Under the pieces are notes generated by a model, which searched no databases, was not told where the DNA came from, and saw nothing but the letters and a program-made list of their open reading frames with translations. Of a stretch of DNA of 46,559 bases, positions 40,165 to 46,559 are shown piece by piece. Source of the stretch: Bacteroidota bacterium (GTDB taxonomy: Bacteria > Bacteroidota > Ignavibacteria > Kapaibacteriales > UBA2268); the NCBI GenBank assembly GCA_017428585.1, contig JAFRQN010000154.1:1-46559 (forward strand), written 5' to 3'. A program made the translations under genes and the position numbers. Numbering within the stretch: position 1 is the stretch's first letter; each line of letters starts with the position of its first letter.

Positions 40165-40849
40165 AAAATAAGCGACTGGGAGCGCGGCGCGGCGGCAGGC
40201 TTTTCCTCCAAGCCGAACGACACGACGACGCTCCCAGAAGCCAAAAAGCACGAGATTTTGTCCAATCCTTCCCTTCGATACTTTACACTCTCACAGGGTT
40301 GGAATACTTCGATACTAAGTCTCGGGCAACAGCGGGAAGCGGGGTGGGACAAGGTAAACTAAAGCGAGGCGGTCCCTGCACCGCCGAGCGGACTCCCTGT
40401 TCGTTTGGAAGTAAAATGTTTGGGAAATAGAGTAGGCGGGCTGCCGCACGCCTGCAAGAGTACGCATTCAGGGCAACGTGTTTATAAACGCATCGGTCTG
40501 ATGCGTTGCGTGTAGGCGGGCGAAGGGCACGCCTGCGAACAAAGGGGCGTCCTCTTGGGGGTGGGACTGAGAAACTTCAAGGCTTCGCCCCAGACGATGG
40601 CAATCGTCAAAGGACTTGCTTCAATCCGATACTTTTACAAAGCACTTGGATTTTGCACGATTCACACACTTAAGCGCAAGCAGGCGAGAAATTGAGTTAA
40701 TTCGATAGTTGATAGATAATTTGCCGTCCGCCGGGAGCAGGGTCATTGGGAAACCCAGCGACCAGCGGCGGCGGCTAAGCGAACGAGCGAAACGAATGTG
40801 GAGCGAGTGAGCGACAGCAATCATTTTTATTTTTTTACAGGATTTAATT
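40165..40849 (+). ncRNA. GC-rich structured RNA / ~680-nt leader upstream of the hsdMS operon
   Basis: No credible ORF. Stems: 40176-84/40229-37, 40368-85, 40432-55, 40488-506, 40512-36, 40544-49/40586-91, 40593-608, 40728-70. Confidence 0.45.
40737..40770 (+). repeat. 34-nt direct repeat, copy 2
   Basis: Identical to copy 1 except for one base (T to C). Outer stem here is CCGCCG/CGGCGG. Confidence 0.7.
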
Positions 40850-40999
40850 ATGAATAAGAAACAAAGTCATCTTAAAAAAAAGAAAAAGAAAAAAGAATTT
40901 GACAATAACAAAAGAGTTTTTATTGATGGAGCTTGGAAATTGTTAAATGATGAAATTAGGAATTACTTTGACAATGTAAACAAAAAGTGGAGGGATTAA
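40850..40999 (+). CDS. 49-aa lysine-rich small protein abutting hsdM
   Basis: Peptide MNKKQSHLKKKKKKKEFDNNKRVFIDGAWKLLNDEIRNYFDNVNKKWRD. Its stop is immediately followed by the hsdM ATG. Confidence 0.4.
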   Translation: MNKKQSHLKKKKKKKEFDNNKRVFIDGAWKLLNDEIRNYFDNVNKKWRD

Positions 41000-42475
41000 A
41001 TGGAAAGTCAAGATAATTTATTTGGAATTGAAGCGAATGAAGCACCTGTTCAAGTTAATACAGAGTTAGATTTAGAGCAGTCAATTACTAATCTTGCTAA
41101 AGAGTTTCAAGGAGTAGTTGATGATAATGATTTTAAGAATTGTTTTATAATAGTTTTATTTTATCGTTTTATTTCAGAGAATTACGATGATATAATAGAA
41201 AAAGAATGTTTATTTAATTATGTAAAAGAACAATTAAAACAAGATATCAATTTGAATGATTACTTAAAGTCTGTATTTAGTAAAGTAGAAAAAGCAAAAT
41301 ACAGCACAGAATGGTCTTCACAATTTGAAGGATTGTTTGATGATTTCAAAGGATTAGACAACAGACATATAAAATTATTGTTTGATTGTATAGCAAGGTT
41401 GGATATAAGCAACAAAGATCATACTGATTATTTTGGTTTTATCTTTGAATACTTTTTAATGTTTTATTCCAGTAACAGCAGGAAGTACAGCGGAGCTTTT
41501 TTTACTCCTGTTTGTGTTAGTAAATTATTGGCAAGGTTAGTACGCAGGGATTATTACGGTACAGAATTAGAAGACCCATATTTTAGAATATACGACCCTA
41601 CGTGTGGAAGTGGTACATTGTTATTATCAACATATAAAGAATTAAAAAGAGATGGATTTAATCTAAAAGTAAAAGGACAAGAGATTAATAAAACTTCATC
41701 ACGATTAGCAAGAATGAATATGATAATAAACAACATACAGATATATAATATAGGATGTGGTGATACTTTATTAAATCCATTGTATAAGAATGAGAGGTTT
41801 GATGCTATTGTAAGTAATCCGCCATATAGTATAAAGTGGGCTGGTTCAGATAATCCTGATTTAATAAAAGATGAACGTTATTCACCTGCTGGCGTATTAG
41901 CTCCAAAAGGCAAAGCAGATTATGCTTTTATTATGCATTCATTATATCATTTGAAAGAAAGCGGGAGTTATTATGGTGTTGTATTTCCTGGTGTATTGTA
42001 TAGAGATGGAGCAGAAGCAAAGATAAGAAAGTATTTGATTGATAATAATTTTGTAAAAGCAATAATACAATTACCATCAAATTTATTTTATGGCACACAG
42101 ATTTCAGTTTGTATAATGATATTATCAAAGAAGAAAGAAAGAGAAGGAGTAGTATTTATAGATGCAAGCAATGAATGTATAAAAGATGGCAAATTTAATA
42201 CATTGACAGATGAGAATATAAATAATATATGTTCTTGGGTTAATGTTATAGAAAGTTATAGAAGCCAATTTGTAACGAATGAAGAAATAGCAAAGAATAG
42301 ATATGCATTGACTGTAACTCAATATGTAGAACAGGAAGACAAGAAAGAAAAGATTGATATTGTTGCATTGAATAGAGAAATTAGAGAATTGCACGCAAGG
42401 AACGAAGCTAATTTTCAGAAGATGGAAGCGTGGGTAAGAGAAATGAATGAATTGTTAGGAATAGTAGATGAATAA
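41000..42475 (+). CDS. hsdM: Type I restriction-modification N6-adenine DNA methyltransferase subunit
   Basis: GAFFTP, DPTCGSGTLL (AdoMet motif I) and SNPPYS (motif IV). Confidence 0.85.
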   Translation: MESQDNLFGIEANEAPVQVNTELDLEQSITNLAKEFQGVVDDNDFKNCFIIVLFYRFISENYDDIIEKECLFNYVKEQLKQDINLNDYLKSVFSKVEKAKYSTEWSSQFEGLFDDFKGLDNRHIKLLFDCIARLDISNKDHTDYFGFIFEYFLMFYSSNSRKYSGAFFTPVCVSKLLARLVRRDYYGTELEDPYFRIYDPTCGSGTLLLSTYKELKRDGFNLKVKGQEINKTSSRLARMNMIINNIQIYNIGCGDTLLNPLYKNERFDAIVSNPPYSIKWAGSDNPDLIKDERYSPAGVLAPKGKADYAFIMHSLYHLKESGSYYGVVFPGVLYRDGAEAKIRKYLIDNNFVKAIIQLPSNLFYGTQISVCIMILSKKKEREGVVFIDASNECIKDGKFNTLTDENINNICSWVNVIESYRSQFVTNEEIAKNRYALTVTQYVEQEDKKEKIDIVALNREIRELHARNEANFQKMEAWVREMNELLGIVDE

Positions 42476-43049
42476 TAGATTAAAAGAGTTTATAGAATTA
42501 AAGAAACAAGGTTTTAATTATGGGTTATTGTGTGAATGCTGTAATATCTTAGACAACAAAAGAGAAAGAATAAGAAAAGCAGACCGTGAAGCTGGGATAT
42601 ATCCATATTATGGACCGAATGGAGTACAGGCTTACGTAAACAAATATACATTTGATGGAGAGTTTGTATTAGTTGCAGAGAAAGGCGTTGTAACAACAGA
42701 AGAAGGGCGTCCCATAGTAAACTGGGCAACAGGCAAGATTGGTTGTGGTGATAGTGTGCATATCATAAGCGAAAGGCAAGGCACATTATTAAGATTTTTA
42801 TATTATTATTTGCAATGTGTAGATATAAGAATGATAGTAACTACAGGAATGATACCATCATTAACAATTACAGCTTTTAGAAATATAAGAGTTCCAATTA
42901 TTCCCATAGAATATCAACAAGAAATAGTAAACGTTTTAGATATGGTTTATTATAGTTATAAAGATTTAGAAAAGGAATACAAATTGATAGACAAGTTATT
43001 AAAGCAGAATCTTACTTCAAAATTATTAAATTTTAAGGATTTGAAATAA
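42468..43049 (+). CDS. hsdS: Half-size type I specificity subunit (single target-recognition domain)
   Basis: 193 aa. IYPYYGPNGVQAYVNKYTFDGEFVLVAEKG is the typical HsdS TRD core. Overlaps hsdM by 8 nt. Confidence 0.75.
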   Translation: MNNRLKEFIELKKQGFNYGLLCECCNILDNKRERIRKADREAGIYPYYGPNGVQAYVNKYTFDGEFVLVAEKGVVTTEEGRPIVNWATGKIGCGDSVHIISERQGTLLRFLYYYLQCVDIRMIVTTGMIPSLTITAFRNIRVPIIPIEYQQEIVNVLDMVYYSYKDLEKEYKLIDKLLKQNLTSKLLNFKDLK

Positions 43050-43282
43050 TGTGGGATTTAAGCACAGCAGATTGCAAAGAGTGTAGTTTAGACAATATGA
43101 AAATGAGACATAAACTATGTAATAATTGTATATTAAAATATTATATAGAATATAGTGATTATTTAAGTTCAGATAGTTTTAATTATTATAAACATAAGAA
43201 AGGAAGATGTTATTTAATTAAAGCGGAGCGTGAACGAATAGAAAAAGAGTTAAAGAAATTAAAAAGGAAGAATAAAAATTAA
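43049..43282 (+). CDS. Small zinc-ribbon protein, paralog Z1
   Basis: CKEC...CNNCILKYY followed by a basic tail. Confidence 0.5.
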   Translation: MWDLSTADCKECSLDNMKMRHKLCNNCILKYYIEYSDYLSSDSFNYYKHKKGRCYLIKAERERIEKELKKLKRKNKN

Positions 43283-43324
43283 AGTTTTTTATAAAAAATG
43301 TTTGTTTATTTCAAAAGAAATTAT

Positions 43325-43332
43325 TATTTTTG
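43325..43332 (+). promoter_or_regulatory. -7 promoter box only 12 nt from an ATG (near-leaderless)
   Basis: ATGTTTGTTTATTTCAAAAGAAATTATTATTTTTGTAATACAGAATT-ATG. Confidence 0.55.
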
Positions 43333-43344
43333 TAATACAGAATT

Positions 43345-43524
43345 ATGCAAAACATAGAAGAATTAATAAGAATAATAAAAGATGTTAGGAAGCTGGATGA
43401 TCATTTAGGCAATCGGCTTTCGATGTATATATTAAATGAATTATATAATGAGATAAGTGAGTATAGTTCAAAGAAACGTGAAGTAATGGATAATATAATC
43501 TATTTTAGAAATCATAATAAATAA
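43345..43524 (+). CDS. 59-aa hypothetical protein
   Basis: Peptide MQNIEELIRIIKDVRKLDDHLGNRL... Just below the ORF-track cutoff. Confidence 0.45.
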   Translation: MQNIEELIRIIKDVRKLDDHLGNRLSMYILNELYNEISEYSSKKREVMDNIIYFRNHNK

Positions 43525-43539
43525 ATTAAGGGTTTAACA

Positions 43540-43770
43540 ATGATAACAATTAATGAAAGCAAAAAAGAATGTAGGTTTTGTGATTTAGAAGCTATGCTTA
43601 ACAAATCACCAGTAAGCTATAATGGCGATTACAGCAAATTAACGGAATGTGATAAATGTATATTACATTTTTCATTGGTAATGTTGAGAAGGCAGGCGGA
43701 GTTTTTGCCGTTTGAGTATGAGGAAGCGTTTAATTTTTACAAATATGCGAATAGGAAGGTTGAGCAATGA
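43540..43770 (+). CDS. Small zinc-ribbon protein, paralog Z2
   Basis: CRFC-x21-CDKCILHFSL. Confidence 0.55.
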   Translation: MITINESKKECRFCDLEAMLNKSPVSYNGDYSKLTECDKCILHFSLVMLRRQAEFLPFEYEEAFNFYKYANRKVEQ

Positions 43771-44147
43771 AATTGACATGCAAGCACTGCTCTAATGAGT
43801 TTGAAATAGAAGATAATCGAATAGACACGTACTATGACTTTGAATTAGATATAAACACAGATAATCCGAATTGGCGCTATAATGCAGAAATGAGTTCTGC
43901 CATAATGAACACATACAGAGGGTTATTTGAGCGTATAGGATTTAAGGTAAACAGCGTAAAGAATTTAGAGATTAGCAAAGGTTTATATTGTCCGAATTGT
44001 GAATACTTTTATACAAATAATGAATTAGTAAAGATATTAAGCGAACGTTGTATATTTTTGTTAGATGAGTTTATTTCTAAGTTAGATTTACATCAAAGAA
44101 TAAGAAAAGCTGCAATAGATTATTTTAAGGAGAAGCAGAATGTATGA
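43767..44147 (+). CDS. Zinc-ribbon protein
   Basis: CKHC...CPNC pairs, 126 aa. Confidence 0.55.
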   Translation: MKLTCKHCSNEFEIEDNRIDTYYDFELDINTDNPNWRYNAEMSSAIMNTYRGLFERIGFKVNSVKNLEISKGLYCPNCEYFYTNNELVKILSERCIFLLDEFISKLDLHQRIRKAAIDYFKEKQNV

Positions 44148-44295
44148 TTATGTAATAATATTTTTAATAACATTTTTATGTTGCTGTTGTTTTAGCTGTA
44201 TGAGCAGACTAAACGACATAAGAGAAGATATAGCACAAATAAAATATAATTTAATGTACCAAGACTATAAGGAGAATAAAGATGGGAAATCTTAA
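44140..44295 (+). CDS. 51-aa membrane micropeptide with a CCCC motif
   Basis: AAGGAG upstream. Peptide MYDYVIIFLITFLCCCCFSCMSRL... Confidence 0.4.
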   Translation: MYDYVIIFLITFLCCCCFSCMSRLNDIREDIAQIKYNLMYQDYKENKDGKS

Positions 44296-44545
44296 AATGA
44301 AAGTTGAAGCTTTATGTTTGTATGTCTTAAAGGATGAATTTTCAAAAAGATATATAAAACATATTTATGCAGGATATACATTAACAACAGATAGTGTATT
44401 TGAAGCTAAATTATATAGCACATGGGATGAAGCTGAGGATTATCTAAGCAAGCCATATACTATAAAAAAAGTATATTTTGATTTATTAGGCAATATGGTT
44501 GGTCATGATGTAAACGTATTAGAAAGTGATTTGAAAGAGGATTAA
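44282..44545 (+). CDS. Hypothetical protein
   Basis: 87-aa ORF with AAGGAG 8 nt upstream. Confidence 0.5.
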   Translation: MGNLKMKVEALCLYVLKDEFSKRYIKHIYAGYTLTTDSVFEAKLYSTWDEAEDYLSKPYTIKKVYFDLLGNMVGHDVNVLESDLKED

Positions 44546-44546
44546 T

Positions 44547-44768
44547 ATGGTTGAAGATTGTAAACATTGTAATATTTATAGAGTCCGAGATTATATTGAA
44601 AATCATCGTAAGGAATTTGATTTAAATTCAGAATGTGGGCAGTGTATAGCATCATTTAGTTTACGTCTTTTATTAGATAAGTGTGAATATTATGATCCAC
44701 GAAGTAAAAAATATTTTGACCAAATAGAAAAAGATTTTGAAGCATATAAGAATAAAGATGATGAATAA
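44547..44768 (+). CDS. Small zinc-ribbon protein, paralog Z3
   Basis: CKHC-x21-CGQCIASFSL. Confidence 0.55.
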   Translation: MVEDCKHCNIYRVRDYIENHRKEFDLNSECGQCIASFSLRLLLDKCEYYDPRSKKYFDQIEKDFEAYKNKDDE

Positions 44769-44976
44769 ATGTCAAGAATGTAAAGTTACATTTGAAGATT
44801 ATAATGAGTTAAAAAAAAACTTTTCATTAACAGACTGCTATATGTGTAAATTAGCATTTTTTACGTGTTATCCTTTTAATTTAGCAGTTTCACGTTATAA
44901 AGAAGAATATAAATTAGAAGTATTAAATAAAATTTTTACAGTATATAAGAAAGTTAAAGGGAGAATTAAAGAATGA
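44758..44976 (+). CDS. Small zinc-ribbon protein, paralog Z4
   Basis: Likely start is MMNKCQEC (track start 44737). CQEC-x19-CYMCKLAFF. Confidence 0.5.
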   Translation: MMNKCQECKVTFEDYNELKKNFSLTDCYMCKLAFFTCYPFNLAVSRYKEEYKLEVLNKIFTVYKKVKGRIKE

Positions 44977-45467
44977 GAACAAAAGTTTTCAATAATTTAG
45001 AGGATTATAAGACATACGTCAAATTAAATCCAGGTACTCTTATAAATGGAGTAACACAAGAATTTTTAGATGATTTTTATGAGTCATCATTAGAGGATTG
45101 CAATTCTGACAATGCAACAAATGAATTATGTTTTAATTGTTATAATTGCAAAGAATGCCATAGATGTATGGAGATGTGGTGTTCTAAATGTTGCAATAAT
45201 TGTTCAGAGTGTACAAATTGTAAAAATTGCAATGACTGCTATGATTGCAGTGAATGCATAGGCTGTTCGTATTGCTGTGAATGTGTAAAGTGTGAGAATT
45301 GCAGCAAATCATTTGAATGTGAGAGTTGTTATTTATGTAAAGGAATTTCAAACTCAAGCAATAGAGCATTTATTAAACATATAGTATTAGATAAAGATGT
45401 AATAGTATTTAATAGTTTATTTAATTTTGTAGAAAATTATAAATGCTATTTATCTGATGTTTTATGA
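44973..45467 (+). CDS. Cysteine-ladder (C-x2-C)n repeat protein, paralog 5
   Basis: 164 aa. Motif INGVTQEFL, then 26 Cys. GGGAG upstream. ATGA overlaps with both neighbouring genes. Confidence 0.8.
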   Translation: MRTKVFNNLEDYKTYVKLNPGTLINGVTQEFLDDFYESSLEDCNSDNATNELCFNCYNCKECHRCMEMWCSKCCNNCSECTNCKNCNDCYDCSECIGCSYCCECVKCENCSKSFECESCYLCKGISNSSNRAFIKHIVLDKDVIVFNSLFNFVENYKCYLSDVL

Positions 45468-46492
45468 TAGAATTAAATAAAGAATATAAAGACAAGCTAA
45501 AAGGAATTAAATTTATAGATTTATTTTGTGGGTTGGGAGGTTTTAGATTAGCTTTAGAATCATTTGGTGCAGAATGTGTATTTAGTTCAGACATAGACAA
45601 GAACGTAAGCAAAACATACTTTGATAATTTTAATGATAATTGTTTGAATGATATAACAAAGACGGAGGCGGTAGAAATACCGTCTCATAATATTTTGTGT
45701 GGTGGGTTCCCTTGTCAAGCATTTAGTATAGGTGGATACAAGAAAGGTTTTGATGATGAGCGTGGAGTTCTATTTTTGGATATAATAAGAATAGCAAAAT
45801 ACCATCTGCCAGAATTATTGTTTTTAGAAAATGTAAAAGGATTAGTTGAGCATGACGAAGGAAAGACATTTAAAATAATTGTTGATTGTTTAGAAGATTT
45901 AGGATATAATGTTTATACAAAGGTTCTAAACAGCAAGTATTTTGACGTTCCGCAGTCAAGAGAACGTATTTATTTTATATGTATAAGACAAGATATAGAC
46001 AATAAGACTTTTGAATTTCCAAAAGAAACAAAGATTAATAAAACAATAAAAGACATATTGCTTTCTTCTGATGAGATAAAAGAGAATTTGTTTATAGATA
46101 GAGAACGGTGTCATTTGAATCATAAATATACAAATAACAATTTATTTGATACAGAAGAAAAAAGGCTGTTGGTTGCTGGATACAATGGGATTAAAGACCA
46201 TAACAACAACAGGATATATTACGCTGACGGTTTATTTTGTACCTATACAAAAAGCACAGGTTCAACAAATAACGGTGGTGGGATTGTATTAAACAACAAA
46301 GTAAGACGTTTGCAAAAGAGGGAAGTGATGCGTTTGTTTGGCTTTCCTGATAGTTACAAGATTGATTATTCACATTATAAGATATGCCAACAAGCTGGGA
46401 ACAGCGTTGTAGTAAATGTAATACAAAGTATAATAAAGAATTTGATTGATACAAAGGCAATAAAAAGCTATCATAAATTTAATATAAAATGA
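45464..46492 (+). CDS. dcm: DNA (cytosine-5) methyltransferase
   Basis: FCGLGGF (motif I), GGFPCQAFS (IV), ENVKGL (VI), QSRERIYF (VIII), GNSVVVNV (X). Confidence 0.9.
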   Translation: MIELNKEYKDKLKGIKFIDLFCGLGGFRLALESFGAECVFSSDIDKNVSKTYFDNFNDNCLNDITKTEAVEIPSHNILCGGFPCQAFSIGGYKKGFDDERGVLFLDIIRIAKYHLPELLFLENVKGLVEHDEGKTFKIIVDCLEDLGYNVYTKVLNSKYFDVPQSRERIYFICIRQDIDNKTFEFPKETKINKTIKDILLSSDEIKENLFIDRERCHLNHKYTNNNLFDTEEKRLLVAGYNGIKDHNNNRIYYADGLFCTYTKSTGSTNNGGGIVLNNKVRRLQKREVMRLFGFPDSYKIDYSHYKICQQAGNSVVVNVIQSIIKNLIDTKAIKSYHKFNIK

Positions 46493-46559
46493 TTTTTTCT
46501 CATCATTTTTGTTTATCAAATAATCTCCTTAATTAATTATTAGTGATACATATTTAACG

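Noticed and set aside
39689-40362. Five short ORFs in GC island B (39689-39958 -, 39873-40118 +, 40054-40251 -, 40123-40362 +, 40149-40352 -)
   Set aside because: They are mutually overlapping, low-complexity R/G/A/P-rich translations with no start context. Several cross the consensus promoter at 40150. They are better explained as open frames in GC-rich non-coding sequence.
40-45467. Diversity-generating retroelement targeting the cysteine-ladder paralogs
   Set aside because: There is no reverse transcriptase ORF, no template/variable repeat pair with adenine-specific differences, and no C-type-lectin-like C-terminus. The paralogs differ throughout their length.
1-46559. Integrase/attP or transposition module (a Mu-like head module might imply a transposable phage)
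   Set aside because: No integrase, transposase (MuA/MuB-like) or repressor ORF is recognisable in the window. Lifestyle cannot be inferred from this sequence.

Overview
This window looks like a complete or nearly complete, very AT-rich tailed dsDNA phage genome of about 46.5 kb. The host is probably a Bacteroidota member, because more than 25 copies of the Bacteroidota -7 promoter box TAnnTTTG occur inside an ATTATTTTTGTAATA consensus. Gene content, left to right: (1) A recombination and early module on the minus strand (SSB-like, VRR-NUC, ERF) next to an ORF-free, ori-like region. (2) A 1909-aa tape measure gene on the minus strand. (3) A Mu-like head module: terminase, DUF935-type portal, MuF, gpG-like, protease/scaffold, major capsid, DUF2190 decoration and DUF1320. 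(4) A lysis cassette (membrane proteins, CHAP-like endolysin, unimolecular-spanin candidate) sitting among the structural genes. (5) Tail and fibre genes. (6) A 2.9-kb ORF-free array of about 12 promoter-to-terminator mini-cassettes. It carries two atypical tRNA-like genes and four copies of a hairpin with a conserved GGAGG loop and covarying stems. (7) Several GC-rich, repeat-rich structured islands, very unlike the rest of the genome. (8) An accessory module with an orphan type I methyltransferase (HsdM plus a half-size HsdS, no HsdR), a C5-cytosine methyltransferase, a set of small zinc-ribbon paralogs and a secreted glucosaminidase. The most unusual items are: (a) the small-RNA array with its covarying hairpin family; (b) five paralogous (C-x2-C)n cysteine-ladder proteins sharing an N-terminal domain; (c) the GC-rich islands, including a roughly 680-nt structured leader driven by a canonical promoter upstream of hsdMS. 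All calls come from reading the sequence and from motif recall. No database search was run, and coordinates of RNA and regulatory elements may be off by 1-2 nt.
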